A stretch of 64,000 bases of DNA from an uncultured delta proteobacterium (GCA_963847035.1 CAWJYH010000025.1:1190-65189); one strand, 5' to 3'; counted from the first letter of the stretch, positions 1 through 10,122 are shown. The notes: generated by a model from the sequence alone, not told the origin. Numbers and translations: made by a program.

Positions 1-308
1 CATAGCGCTTCGAAGCAGGTCTGTTGCTTATCAATGCCGCGGCCGGCTGATAACTGGTCGCGGCTTGATCGTTCCTCAAGGTCCTCCACCGGCGGCAGTA
101 CGTTCAACCAACGCAAGGAGGATGTCGGTGTTGTCAGCGGCGGTCTTGTTGTTCGACAACCAATCTGCTTGAGCAGCCTGGTCGTATCGTCTGACTGCGC
201 CACGAGGAAAACTGGTACGCCGAAGCCGCGATAGAGAGTTTCTTCGCCACACTGATGAATGAGTTGGTTCCTTCGGAAATACCGTGCCGGTCAATGAGTG
301 ATCCCTGA
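1..308 (+). pseudogene. Remnant of an IS3-family transposase (C-terminal end of OrfB/rve), disrupted
   Basis: One frame reads ...GRIV*LRHEENWYAEAAIESFFATLMNELVPSEIPCRSMSDP* (stop 306-308). The AIESFFATL.NELV block is the conserved C-terminal signature of IS3-type DDE transposases. An in-frame TGA at 192-194 and loss of frame upstream break it. The 5' part is outside the window. Confidence 0.4.
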
Positions 309-542
309 AATCTGTTAACACACTGCCGTGTTCCACAGTCGATCAGGGATGTGCGCCAACCTGGGCAATACGTATAGTCGAATCCGGCAGGATAGCCTGA
401 TGATATAGTGCAGCTTTCTCGAATCAGGTATTTTGCTTGCTGGTAGAGGACCTTGCGTTACAGGTTTTAATAGATTGATTGGACTGACAACCAATGTATC
501 TGATAATCTATTGGCAACAGGAATGTCACTTTGGAGGTAAAA

Positions 543-956
543 ATGACAACAAGGCCACAAATTATAATATCGTCACGTGACGCGGAAAGATTGGACGAGT
601 TGTTGGACTCGCTGTCTGAAAAGGAATTTCCTCGAAAAAACGACCTGGAAACCGAGCTGGATCGAGCCGAAATAGTAGAACCGCAGGATATGCCTTCCCA
701 TGTGGTCACCATGAACTCAGAGGTGCGATTCAGGATCGAGTCATCCGGCGAGGAGTTTTGTCTTAAACTCGTTTATCCCAGAGATGTCGATCCAAAAGGT
801 GGCACAATTTCAATCCTTGCCCCTGTAGGCAGTGCTCTTCTCGGTCTTTCCCAGGGTGATGAAATTGAATGGCCGAAGCCGGGTGGCGGGGTGTTGAAGG
901 TGAGGGTCCAGGAAATCACCTATCAACCGGAACGATCAGGAGAATATCACCGTTAG
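543..956 (+). CDS. rnk: Regulator of nucleoside diphosphate kinase (Rnk), GreA/GreB C-terminal-domain family
   Basis: Near full-length resemblance to E. coli Rnk (IIIS..DAERLDELL, HVVTMNSEVRF, LVYP, APVGSALLGL..GDEIEW, YQPE). The ATG at 543 is preceded by GGAGG; the track start at 531 is a TTG. Confidence 0.85.
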   Translation: MTTRPQIIISSRDAERLDELLDSLSEKEFPRKNDLETELDRAEIVEPQDMPSHVVTMNSEVRFRIESSGEEFCLKLVYPRDVDPKGGTISILAPVGSALLGLSQGDEIEWPKPGGGVLKVRVQEITYQPERSGEYHR

Positions 957-1278
957 CAGATCCTGATGCCACAATCGTAATCGATATCGAGGTCAAGAAA
1001 AAAGGAGAGAAGATCTGATGCGCCGGCATCAATATCGATACCTATCGGTTGCCAGGCTCTGGACTCAATTGTCCGCCCCTTCACTGTCGTTTTTTCTGTA
1101 GGATCTCGATATCCTGTATTCACGGGTTGTGACCGCATGTATTTCCGCAAAAACGGACACACAACCGGTTTTCCGGGAACTGGTTGCCTCCGTTTTGCAT
1201 TGAGATTTGCGATATATCGCCCTGGTCTGGTTCTCGACCAGATTTCGTTGTTCAGTTCCTTCAGGAAAACCATTGTCC

Positions 1279-1662
1279 CTAAAGCCGCCGCGTTTTCATC
1301 GTCGCCAGTGCGGGATGAAGGGCCAACGCGATCCCTCTCGGTCGTTCTGGAAGATCAAACTCTGCGGCCTGCCCTCCAGCGCTCAACCCTTTATCAATAG
1401 AGGTTGCTGCAATTCCAAATAGATCGGAATCTGCACCAGCACTCTTCGCTATTTCGTCAGCGTCGTAATTTTCAGCGGCATAATCCTGGTCGGCGTCACT
1501 GTGCCATGCGGCAATATGTGAATATGGGATTGACCATACGCCGTCTCTTCCGCGTTGAATCATGAAGGTTCGACCATCGCTGTCCAATATTCCGATGATG
1601 TCTGGTTCCTTCCCTCTGGATGCAAATCGCTGTCCCTCAATGATCTCAAAGCGCATTTCCAT
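1279..1662 (-). CDS. Hypothetical protein (no recognisable domain)
   Basis: ORF beginning MEMRFEIIEGQRF... with AAGAGGA upstream. It overlaps the end of the upstream ORF by 17 nt. The C-terminal third looks low quality, so the stop and frame are uncertain. Confidence 0.3.
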   Translation of the reverse strand: MEMRFEIIEGQRFASRGKEPDIIGILDSDGRTFMIQRGRDGVWSIPYSHIAAWHSDADQDYAAENYDADEIAKSAGADSDLFGIAATSIDKGLSAGGQAAEFDLPERPRGIALALHPALATMKTRRL

Positions 1663-1885
1663 GAGTCCTCTTTTCGGTCGCATTGTCGCTTTGCGACAAT
1701 CTCGCCGACTGGAGTCGGTTTTCTCGGTTTCCGCAATTATGAAATAATGTCTGGTCCTGTTTCGTAATATTGGAAATCTGCACTTTATCGTCACTTCCGG
1801 TTGTCAACACTTCGTGAGCAACCTCCTTCAGAATGATCTGGAGCTCGACCGGGGCAGGAAATGCCGTTACAGGTCCTGCCTTCAT
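1646..1885 (-). CDS. Hypothetical small protein
   Basis: 79-aa ORF. Its ATG lies 10 nt after the stop of the upstream ORF, with a GAGGG in between, suggesting translational coupling. No motif recognised. Confidence 0.3.
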   Translation of the reverse strand: MKAGPVTAFPAPVELQIILKEVAHEVLTTGSDDKVQISNITKQDQTLFHNCGNRENRLQSARLSQSDNATEKRTHGNAL

Positions 1886-1895
1886 CTTCGCACCC

Positions 1896-2534
1896 TCAAT
1901 TTCCGTCCGTCCTGTCGTACTGCCGACTTTTATTTTCTATTGCAATATATGGACCATCATGATCATTTTTCCGGCATCGGCTCGGACCATTTTCGCCAGA
2001 CCCAGTCTCGCCTTGGTATCGTTGGCGATCATTCTTGCCGAGTTGCTCAAGGGAAAAGGCGGTACTGCAAATGCGGCGGAGAGGCGCCTTGGCGTAAACG
2101 TCCTGGAAGGTCGCCCGCCAGGGGCATCGACTGCGGGCGTGGCTCAGCCGCATACCGAGTTCGGTGGCACGCTGACACTGGACTTCTTTTGTCTGGCGCC
2201 GGCGGCCGCCACCGGATATCCCGGCGTTGACGGCAGCACCTTCGGGGTCCGCAATGCCACCCAGGTAGGCCGAATGCACTTCGTGTCCATGGGTATTGCC
2301 CACTCCGCCGGCACCGATTACGAAACCTGTTGCTGAGGAACGGCCGATGCCTGTCGCGATCTGGTCTTTTCGCCAGATGGCGATGATCTGGTGGGGGCGT
2401 TTTTCATGGGTAATGTCGTCAATGCCGGCCTTTGCCGTCTCGTCACTTGTAATCGGATGCAGGTGCGCCGCATCAAGAGGCAGATGATCGACCATTGGTT
2501 GCATTACACCTATCTGCTCTGCGCCAGGGATCAC
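1896..2534 (-). CDS. Hypothetical protein (Gly/His-containing, unknown family)
   Basis: 212-aa ORF (possible start at MQPMVDH, 2504). Codon choice (ATC, GAC, GCC, CTC) looks genuine. Its stop is coupled to the next ORF start. A plus-strand shadow ORF has equal GC3, so the strand call is not firm. Confidence 0.35.
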   Translation of the reverse strand: MIPGAEQIGVMQPMVDHLPLDAAHLHPITSDETAKAGIDDITHEKRPHQIIAIWRKDQIATGIGRSSATGFVIGAGGVGNTHGHEVHSAYLGGIADPEGAAVNAGISGGGRRRQTKEVQCQRATELGMRLSHARSRCPWRATFQDVYAKAPLRRICSTAFSLEQLGKNDRQRYQGETGSGENGPSRCRKNDHDGPYIAIENKSRQYDRTDGN

Positions 2535-2689
2535 GGGAAAAAACGGGGGATATTGCTGATCGAAGGCCGGAGTTGTCAGGGGTAATTGCGATGGCGCCTC
2601 ATTGAGCGGGCGGGGGGCGGGAAGGAACTTCCCTCTCCCCCGGGCGCCAGGCCGCGATGGGGAGAGGGGGAGCTATCGCTTGCGGGGGT

Positions 2690-3445
2690 CTAAAAGGTAT
2701 AGGTGAGATTGACACCGCCGAAGACCGTGGTGTCGACGGCGTCGTCGGGAAGGACATCGTCGTCCATCGAATCGGTGTAGTTGATACTGGCGGCGACACC
2801 CAGGGCGTCGGTGATCATGTATTTGACCGAGGAGCTCAGCAGGTAGTTGAAGAACCCGCCATCCGTTCCCCCGGCATAGCTGCCGGCAAAATCCTCGCCG
2901 GCGTAACTGACGCTGCCGCTCAAGCCCAATGTGGTCTTATCATTGATGCTGTAGGTGTATCCCAGGCCGGCGGTGACGTAGAAATCTTCAACCTGGTCGA
3001 AATCATAGTAAACCTTGGTGGAGAGGGCGAAGCCGGCCCCGAGGTCATACCCCAGGCCAGCAAACAATTCGGTGGTGCTGCTGTCGGCGCCGGCAGCGGT
3101 GGTGTCGGTGGTCGGAAAAATGTAGTGAATGACACCGACGCTGGTATCGACCTTGCCCAGTTTGAAGGCATAGGAACCGGTCAGGTCGACCTCGGAGAAC
3201 TCGTTGTCGTCCACGGTGTCGTCATAATCGTCAAGATCGTAATTGCCCCAGACGTTGAAGGCGAAACCATTTGCCGACACGTCCATGCTGGGTTGGAGGA
3301 CGACGCCGTCGTTGAAGGTCAGGCCCCGCCAGACATAGGCGCTGTTGACGTCGAGTGCGGCAGTGGCGGTTGCCGCCGATGCCTGGGTTGCAGCGCCGCC
3401 TGCAGTCAGGGCGACCAGGGCGGCCATGGGTAATAAATGTTTCAT
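2690..3445 (-). CDS. Outer-membrane beta-barrel protein, TorF-family putative porin
   Basis: Signal peptide MKHLLPMAALVALTAGGAATQASA. The N-terminal VNSAYVWRGLTFNDG motif is typical of the TorF/Gcw_chp family. Alternating beta-strand pattern with a C-terminal ...NLTYTF. Confidence 0.8.
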   Translation of the reverse strand: MKHLLPMAALVALTAGGAATQASAATATAALDVNSAYVWRGLTFNDGVVLQPSMDVSANGFAFNVWGNYDLDDYDDTVDDNEFSEVDLTGSYAFKLGKVDTSVGVIHYIFPTTDTTAAGADSSTTELFAGLGYDLGAGFALSTKVYYDFDQVEDFYVTAGLGYTYSINDKTTLGLSGSVSYAGEDFAGSYAGGTDGGFFNYLLSSSVKYMITDALGVAASINYTDSMDDDVLPDDAVDTTVFGGVNLTYTF

Positions 3446-3979
3446 CTTCTCTCCTTTTCAAATGAAAAATGTCACAGGTGTCGCAGCGCCGACAAACGGA
3501 TATTGCTATCCTCCCCGCAAAGAGCACAGGGAGAGGCCTTGACCGTCAGGGTGCTGCAATAGCGTCTCTGATGGTTTATTAAGCATTTATGATGCCAACT
3601 TTTCAGCGGCAGGACGGTATTTGTGTTTTACCAGTGATACTGGGTGGATGGGTATTCGGAGGGCGACAAAACTCCGTGTTTTTGCGATGCTATTATTACA
3701 AAATTAGCATAATAACAATACTAATACTACAAATATGTAAATATTATTTTACGATAAGGGACGTCGTCGGCTGTTTCCGGGACCGGCTCTGTTACCAGGG
3801 AACCTGTCGGCCTGCGGGGGTGAATCAAAATGGCCTGGAGTTGTCCGGGGGGCCGCCTTTTACCAATTGTCTGGTGCCGGCCGTTGAGATGATCCGTCTG
3901 ATTATGCTCAGGATTCTGGGACAAACGGGAGCTTCACCAAAGACGAAATTCCACTGCAGGCTGGAGATTTGCCGTGCTT

Positions 3980-4507
3980 TTACTTTTCGGAGTGTAAATC
4001 GGCGGCCATTGATTCCAGGTAATCGGCTTGAAGAATGTCCAATTTCGCAAATTGCTCTTTCGTGTACAGCACAAAATCCCCTTCCGATGTGGCGCACAGT
4101 CTCCCCTGATCATCGAAAAGCTCGGCGGTCACGACCGCTTTCCGCTCGCCGATTTTTTCTTTGATCGAAGCAATCCCGCACAAGGCCGATTCGACATAGA
4201 TCGGCCGTTGAAACTCGATGGTCATCTTTTTGGTCAGTATAAAGCTTTTTGTGAGGTTGATCGCCGCCCAACTCATGGTCTCATCCAGAATGGTTGAAAT
4301 CACGCCGCCGTGCACGAGTTTGCTCCATCCTCGAAATCGGGAAGGGACCGTGAGTCTGGATCGGATCTGGTTTCCGTTGGTTTCGAAGGTCATCTGCAGG
4401 CCGGAATGATTTTCTGAACCACAGCCGAAACAATCCTTGTCCAGCCTGGGAAGTGACTTCCATGAATCGTCGTTAATATTGTTTATCATTGTAATTTCAA
4501 TCTCCAA
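3980..4507 (-). CDS. PaaI-family (hotdog-fold) thioesterase
   Basis: CFGCG..N..GL near the N-terminus, then the VHGGVISTILDETMSW core typical of PaaI/YbgC-type thioesterases. Confidence 0.85.
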   Translation of the reverse strand: MEIEITMINNINDDSWKSLPRLDKDCFGCGSENHSGLQMTFETNGNQIRSRLTVPSRFRGWSKLVHGGVISTILDETMSWAAINLTKSFILTKKMTIEFQRPIYVESALCGIASIKEKIGERKAVVTAELFDDQGRLCATSEGDFVLYTKEQFAKLDILQADYLESMAADLHSEK

Positions 4508-4982
4508 TCAAATATATCGAGTCTGAGCGGCATCGATCGGTGACGATCCCGGCAGAGTTGGACCCTGTATTGCGCCGGGATTGTCGATATCAGCGGCGAC
4601 AGTATACAATGAAATCATGGCGTACTGTAGACCTGTGATGGTGCATGACGATGTTTTCCTGCCTTTTCAGGATATAATCGGCAACTCGACCCGCCGGTCG
4701 CTGTCCCATGGAGCCATCGAGTTTCTTGCACGAGACATTGCCCATCGGCTATTATCTGAATTACCACATGTAGGGCGCGATCCATCCTGTCGATCGAGAA
4801 TCCCTTTATCTCTGGAGAAATCAATCATGATCGGGAATCTCGCCGAAATTGGCCGGATAACCGAGGCAGCGTCGCCGGTTTCGTGTTCCGTGACAATGAT
4901 TACGTGGTAATGTCGTCTATCAGGACTGCGGCATGATCTGCATCCGGAAGACGAACTTCACCCAATTACTCAGGAGACCCCC

Positions 4983-5540
4983 ATGGACAAGAAAATTCTC
5001 GTACCACTGGCCGAAGGATTTGAGATGATCGAGGCGCTCAGTGTCGTCGATGTGTTTCGTCGGGCCGGAGTGCACGTCGATCTGGCTGCCGTCGCCGATA
5101 ATCTCCAGGTCACCTCATCGCATCAGGTCAAAGTTATGGCCGATGTCTATCTTGCCGACTGCAAGGACAACAGCTACGACCTGATTGTCCTGCCCGGCGG
5201 TATTCCCGGAGCCCAGAATCTGCAGCAATCGGCCATTCTCACCGAACTCCTGAAAAAACAGAACACCGAAAACAAGCTGTATGCAGCAATCTGCGCCGCC
5301 CCTGCCGTCGTCCTCGAGCACCATGGCCTGCTGCAGGGCAAGAATGCCACCTGTCATCCCAGGTTTGCCGACCAGCTGCATTCGCGCACCCATGCCGGTG
5401 AGAGGGTGGTGATTGACAAAAACTGCGTCACCTCCAAGGGGGCAGGCACCTCCATTGAATTCGCCCTTGAATTGCTTGGTGTTTTAATGGGTGAAGACAA
5501 GAAGAAGGAAGTGGCCGCCGGGATGGCCATCGAGGCGTAA
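4983..5540 (+). CDS. DJ-1/YajL-family protein (ThiJ/PfpI superfamily)
   Basis: KILVPLAEGFEMIEA, LIVLPGG and the nucleophile elbow AAICAAP are characteristic of DJ-1/YajL. Confidence 0.9.
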   Translation: MDKKILVPLAEGFEMIEALSVVDVFRRAGVHVDLAAVADNLQVTSSHQVKVMADVYLADCKDNSYDLIVLPGGIPGAQNLQQSAILTELLKKQNTENKLYAAICAAPAVVLEHHGLLQGKNATCHPRFADQLHSRTHAGERVVIDKNCVTSKGAGTSIEFALELLGVLMGEDKKKEVAAGMAIEA

Positions 5541-5599
5541 ACGGTTTCTGGCCTGAATGTCCCCTTGATCGCGCCGGCGTAACCCGGCGCACGGCGGTG

Positions 5600-6673
5600 T
5601 TAAACCTGGGCGGCGAGTCGTTCGGCCAGGCGGCAAAGGGTGGCCGAATCCTCAAGACCATCGAGAAAACGCCGCGGGATGCCGGAAAGCCCGGTCTGCG
5701 CCCCGACCAGCGCCCCGGTAAGGATTGCCCGAGCCTGGTTCTGGCCGCCGCCATTGACCGCGTGCAGCAGCGCCGATTCGAAATCATCGTAAAACCGGGC
5801 CGCCAGGTAGTAGGCCGCCGGCAGTTGATGATAGATGGCGCAGGGCATACCGTAGACGAGGGATACCTTCCATGCCGGTTCGATCCGGATATCGGGATCA
5901 CCGGCCGCGGCGGCCATGTACGATGGCGACAGCAGGGCGTCGGGCGAGGCGAAGCGTCCCACCCGTGGTGGATCGGGAGCCCCCGGTTTGGGCGGTTGGA
6001 GGTTGTCGCTGGTGACGGCATGGAACGGCAGCTCGCCGCTTTTGACCAGGTGCATCAACTTGGCGGACAGCTTCGTATCGAGACGGTGCCCTTGCACCAG
6101 CAGACTCAGCACCGCCCCATAGGCGACCGTCATCGACACCACGGTGTCATCGGCCTGGGTCAACACGGTATTGCCGGCAACGGCTGCGGCGAGTTGGCGA
6201 GGCTGCCGGGCATAGCGCACCGCGATGGCGAGGGTCCGTTCGATGGCCTCCGTGGTATCGGCATGGCCGCCGGTCTCGGTCCAGGGCAGTTTCTGCAGCA
6301 CCCGCCGACGCCAGGCCTCGCGGATCGATTGGCTGGTATAGCCGCCCGGGCCGTTGACCGGGGTGCCATCAAGCTGGGGGAACAGTTCTTCCTCCAGCCT
6401 GCGGCAGAAATCGACCTCATCATAGCCGCCGCAATCGTTGATCGACTTCAAGGTCAGCGTCAGAATCCAGCCGGCCTGTGACAGCTGTCCGGCCTTGAGT
6501 CCGGCATGATAGCGGTTCGGTTGGGGATCGGTATAGCCGCTGATCCATTCGCCGTAATCCCGGCGCATCTCCGCCAGGTCGTAGTACCAGTGTGGTCCCA
6601 GGGCCAGGGCGTCACCGATGAAGGCGCCCATGATGGCGCCGGCGGCACGATCCTGTAGTGTTTTCTCTTCCAT
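5600..6673 (-). CDS. ADP-ribosylglycohydrolase family protein
   Basis: N-terminal DRAAGAIMGAFIGDALALGPHWYYD and C-terminal GGQNQARAILTGALVGA match the family's di-metal binding motifs. Confidence 0.9.
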   Translation of the reverse strand: MEEKTLQDRAAGAIMGAFIGDALALGPHWYYDLAEMRRDYGEWISGYTDPQPNRYHAGLKAGQLSQAGWILTLTLKSINDCGGYDEVDFCRRLEEELFPQLDGTPVNGPGGYTSQSIREAWRRRVLQKLPWTETGGHADTTEAIERTLAIAVRYARQPRQLAAAVAGNTVLTQADDTVVSMTVAYGAVLSLLVQGHRLDTKLSAKLMHLVKSGELPFHAVTSDNLQPPKPGAPDPPRVGRFASPDALLSPSYMAAAAGDPDIRIEPAWKVSLVYGMPCAIYHQLPAAYYLAARFYDDFESALLHAVNGGGQNQARAILTGALVGAQTGLSGIPRRFLDGLEDSATLCRLAERLAAQV

Positions 6674-6735
6674 ATCCGTATCCTGTGGTTGAAGGGTTCG
6701 ATGACGCCGATCCGATTCGGCACCTGGACAGAGCG

Positions 6736-6963
6736 CTATTGCTTCACCTTTGATGACAGGTTGAGCGTAATCTTCATAAGGAGCAGCACGATCGGGGCGG
6801 AGTGCATGACGAGATCAAAGACATCCACCGGTCTCACCAGTTCGCCGGCCGCCAGCATCTGCATCTTCTCTACAAGATGCGGCATGGGCGTGAAAGGTGC
6901 AAGTCCCAGCGTCAACGACAGGATGACCAGCAGGGAAGTGGGGATCCGGTGGAGCCAATTCAT
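6736..6963 (-). CDS. Small membrane protein, unknown function
   Basis: 75 aa with two hydrophobic segments. Its start overlaps the stop of the upstream M23 gene by 4 nt, suggesting coupling. Confidence 0.5.
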   Translation of the reverse strand: MNWLHRIPTSLLVILSLTLGLAPFTPMPHLVEKMQMLAAGELVRPVDVFDLVMHSAPIVLLLMKITLNLSSKVKQ

Positions 6964-7586
6964 AGTCTTACCTGTTCTCGTTCTTTCCAGGGATTTTTCG
7001 AATGAATCGCGACGTGGTCACAGTCCAGCATCGACAGCGGGTCGATGAGTTCGATCTGGTCGGAACTGCAGATGTACTTCCAGTCCAGCATATCATGCGG
7101 CACCGTCTGCGGAATCCTCATCAGGGAGAGATGGACATGGGCGGGCATCCTGTTCTTTCTCCCCGTGGTATCGGCGACCGTGCCGACAACCTCGCCGGTC
7201 TTGAGCGTCCGGCCGATATAGACCTGCCGATGCAGTACAATATGGGCATAGACTGACAGAAATCTATGAGAATCATCCATCTCATGGTTTATGAAAACGG
7301 ATTGGCCGAGGAAATCGCGGCACACGGCAAAGATCCGCCCTGGGGCCATGGCCGGAATGGCGATGCGGGGGGAGAAGCTCTGCTCTCTGCCGGCACCATC
7401 GGTGTAGTAGCAGATATCGATCCCCTCATGGGCGGTCGGCCGCAGACCGCTGTCGGGCCACCACTTGTCACGGCTGCCGAACAGCATTCCCGGATAGAAA
7501 TTGAAATTCCTCCATCCTGCGAGGCATGCGTTGACCACTGCAAGGAGTGCAAAATAGGGGACAGGGGTTACAAGCGGGATATGCAT
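6960..7586 (-). CDS. M23-family (LytM-like) metallopeptidase
   Basis: HEGIDI and HVHLSL zinc-ligand motifs in the spacing typical of M23 peptidases. Confidence 0.8.
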   Translation of the reverse strand: MHIPLVTPVPYFALLAVVNACLAGWRNFNFYPGMLFGSRDKWWPDSGLRPTAHEGIDICYYTDGAGREQSFSPRIAIPAMAPGRIFAVCRDFLGQSVFINHEMDDSHRFLSVYAHIVLHRQVYIGRTLKTGEVVGTVADTTGRKNRMPAHVHLSLMRIPQTVPHDMLDWKYICSSDQIELIDPLSMLDCDHVAIHSKNPWKEREQVRL

Positions 7587-7815
7587 CGGTGGTCGGCCGC
7601 AGGGGGCATTGAGTGGCGTGTCGGGGAACAGTCAGGTTTGTCGTTGCGTTGTCGTATTGCCGATGGCATTGGACCACGTCGGCCTGATCGCTTCAAACAA
7701 AATGATGCGGCCCGCATGGAAATACTGTCGCATCATCCGTGGTTCCGACCTCATGTCCCGTCACCTGGCCGGTGTCGAACCCGTGTTCTCAAGATGATGC
7801 AATCCCGTCCTCCGC

Positions 7816-8472
7816 TTACATCAGCACCTTGATCTTCTTGATATCTTCCGATTTGCCGAGAAGCATCAGGATGTCCTGCGCCTGTATTTCGTAATCGGCC
7901 GGGGGGACCAGGACAAAGCCCTTCGGCGCCGGTTTTTTGATCGCGATGATGTGGACATTGTACTTGGCCCTGAGGTTGAGGTCTTTCAGGCTGTGGTGAA
8001 GAAATTCCTGCGGCGGTGAGATCTGGATCAGGTCGAAGTCGTCGGAGAGGGGGATGAAGTCGAGCATATTCGGGCGGGACAGGGCGCGGGAGGTCCGAAT
8101 CGCCATATCCCGTTCGGGATGGATGACTTCGGTGGCCCCGACCTTGAGCAGGATCTTCTCATGATCGGGATCGATGGCCTTGACGAGGATCCTTTTCACC
8201 CCCAACTCATTGAGATAGAGACAGATCATGATACTGATGCTGATCCGGGTGCCGGTGGAGACGATCACCGCCACCATCTCCTCCAGCCCCAGCGAGCGCA
8301 GGGCCTCCTTGTCGGTGGCATCGAGGACGATGGCCTCGGTGGCATAGGGATCGATGGCCTGGACCTTGACCCGGTCGGTATCGATCGCGATGACCTCGTT
8401 GCCCTCCTCGAACAGCGCCTTGGCCGCATGAAAGCCGAAATTGCCCAACCCGATCACGGTAAATTTTTTCAT
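7816..8472 (-). CDS. trkA: K+ uptake system NAD-binding subunit TrkA/KtrA
   Basis: MKKFTVIGLGNFGFHAAKAL Rossmann motif (RCK_N) followed by an RCK_C-like domain. True ATG at 8472; the track ORF is extended upstream. Confidence 0.9.
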   Translation of the reverse strand: MKKFTVIGLGNFGFHAAKALFEEGNEVIAIDTDRVKVQAIDPYATEAIVLDATDKEALRSLGLEEMVAVIVSTGTRISISIMICLYLNELGVKRILVKAIDPDHEKILLKVGATEVIHPERDMAIRTSRALSRPNMLDFIPLSDDFDLIQISPPQEFLHHSLKDLNLRAKYNVHIIAIKKPAPKGFVLVPPADYEIQAQDILMLLGKSEDIKKIKVLM

Positions 8473-8486
8473 ATTGTCTCCATGTG

Positions 8487-9860
8487 TTATCCGATCATCA
8501 TGTTTTCTTCCGAGTATTCCTTGCCCCTGGTCGCATCGGTGCCGACGACGATATAGGAGAAGGTCAGGACGCCGACCCGGCCGATGATCATGATGAGGAC
8601 TATCCAGCACTTGTCCCAGGTGGTGAGGAACGAGGTGATCCCCATCGACAGGCCGACGGTGGCGAAGGCCGACACGGTTTCAAACAGGTACTGCAGGGTG
8701 TGGATCCTGGTCCGGCCGCCGGCGCTGGCGATGAACGAGTCGCTGAGCAGCAGCATGAACAGCACCAGACCGATGATGGCGATGGAGATGATGATCAGCG
8801 ACATGCTGCGGGTCACCGTCGCCTCCGGGATGCTCTTGTTGAACATGTTGACCCGTTTTTTGTGCTGGATCCGGCTGACGGTGAAGAGGGTGAGCAGGGC
8901 CAGGGTCGTGGTCTTGACCCCGCCGCCGCAGGAACCGGGCGAGGCCCCGACGAACATCAGGAAAATCATCATGACGATCGTCACCTCCCGGAGCGAGCCG
9001 ATGTCGACGGTGTTGAAGCCGGCGGTCCGGCAGGTGATCGACTGGAACAGGGGGATGAGGAACTGTTGCGACAGGGGCCTGCCGGCCAGGGTCGGGCTGC
9101 TGCTCTCCAGCAGGGAAAACATCGCGGCTCCGCCGACGATCAGGATCAGGGTGGTCAGCAGGACGGTCTTGCTTTGCACTGAAAGCCGCATCTTTCTCGT
9201 TGTCCGCCCCGGGAACCAGGCCTGCAGATCGTAGAGCACCGGGAAGCCGATGCCGCCGATGACGATCAGGAAACAGATGGTCAGGTTGAGCAGCCAATTA
9301 CCGCTGTAATGCACAAGTCCGTTGGAAAAAAGAGCGAACCCGGCGTTGCAGAAGGCCGAAATCGAGTGAAAGACCCCGTAGTATACCGCCTTCTCCAGCG
9401 GCATCTCGCCGACCCAGTGCGTTGTCAGCAGGATCGCCCCGACGGTCTCGGTCGACAGGGTGAAGATGATGACGCTCCGGACGAGTGTATAGATATCCTG
9501 GCGCGGCGTATGGGTGAACAGGTCCTGCATGACCATCCGGTGGCGGACCGAGACCGAACGGCCGAGCCAGGTGAACAGGGCGACCGAGATCGTCATCACC
9601 CCGAGACCGCCGATCTGGATGAGGGCCAGGATCACGCATTGGCCGAAGGTGGTGAAAAAGGTGCCGGTATCGACGACGGTCAGGCCGGTGACACAGACGG
9701 CGGAGGTGACGGTGAACAGGGCATCGATCCAGGAAATGTAGCCCTTGACGGTCGCTGTCTCGAGGCGGAGCAGCAGGCTGCCCGCCAGGATGAGCAGAAG
9801 AAAACTCGACAGAACCAGGGCCGCCGGGTGCATCTTCAGCATGTGACTTTTATGAGCCAT
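8487..9860 (-). CDS. trkH: K+ transporter membrane subunit TrkH/KtrB
   Basis: 457-aa polytopic protein with repeated pore-loop signatures (TGLT, IGGLGV, NAGF, TAGF, TVGLS) of the TrkH/KtrB/HKT family. Sits 14 nt upstream of trkA. Confidence 0.9.
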   Translation of the reverse strand: MAHKSHMLKMHPAALVLSSFLLLILAGSLLLRLETATVKGYISWIDALFTVTSAVCVTGLTVVDTGTFFTTFGQCVILALIQIGGLGVMTISVALFTWLGRSVSVRHRMVMQDLFTHTPRQDIYTLVRSVIIFTLSTETVGAILLTTHWVGEMPLEKAVYYGVFHSISAFCNAGFALFSNGLVHYSGNWLLNLTICFLIVIGGIGFPVLYDLQAWFPGRTTRKMRLSVQSKTVLLTTLILIVGGAAMFSLLESSSPTLAGRPLSQQFLIPLFQSITCRTAGFNTVDIGSLREVTIVMMIFLMFVGASPGSCGGGVKTTTLALLTLFTVSRIQHKKRVNMFNKSIPEATVTRSMSLIIISIAIIGLVLFMLLLSDSFIASAGGRTRIHTLQYLFETVSAFATVGLSMGITSFLTTWDKCWIVLIMIIGRVGVLTFSYIVVGTDATRGKEYSEENMMIG

Positions 9861-10011
9861 CTTGGTTGGCCGGAGGAAAGAGGAAGGGGGGCCAGGCCGG
9901 CACCATCAGGACGGAAGTATCCGGTGGAGCCGGGACCGGCAACGCGGGAATACGCTCAGCGGTTCGTGTCGGAACGGCAGACGCGGGATTTTCCGGGATT
10001 TGACGAAGGTC

Positions 10012-10058
10012 GCAAAAAAAAGATCGAGGCGGCCGTCCGGACAACATCACCGGCGGCC
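10012..10058 (-). terminator. Intrinsic terminator (riboswitch expression platform) in the trkH leader
   Basis: Minus-strand RNA GGCCGCCGG-ugauguugu-CCGG(A)CGGCC followed by U8 (plus-strand A-run 10014-10021). It lies between the riboswitch aptamer and the trkH start. Confidence 0.6.
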
Positions 10059-10122
10059 TGGAGGCAAGTAGGCATAGCGCATCTCCAGAACGAAGCCATG
10101 GGAAAGGCCTCTCTGCAGATTG

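Noticed and set aside
1833-2585. Plus-strand ORFs 1833..2336 and 2391..2585 share a frame and are separated only by a TGA (...TDYETCC-TGA-GTADACRDL...), suggesting a second selenoprotein.
   Set aside because: The read-through product matches no family I know, and the part after the TGA is Cys/Arg/Trp-rich (LCRLVTCNRMQVRRIKRQMIDHW), as non-coding frames are. Codon choice is slightly better on the minus strand, whose ORF stop is coupled to the next minus-strand start. No SECIS-like hairpin was evident. The strand call there remains low confidence.
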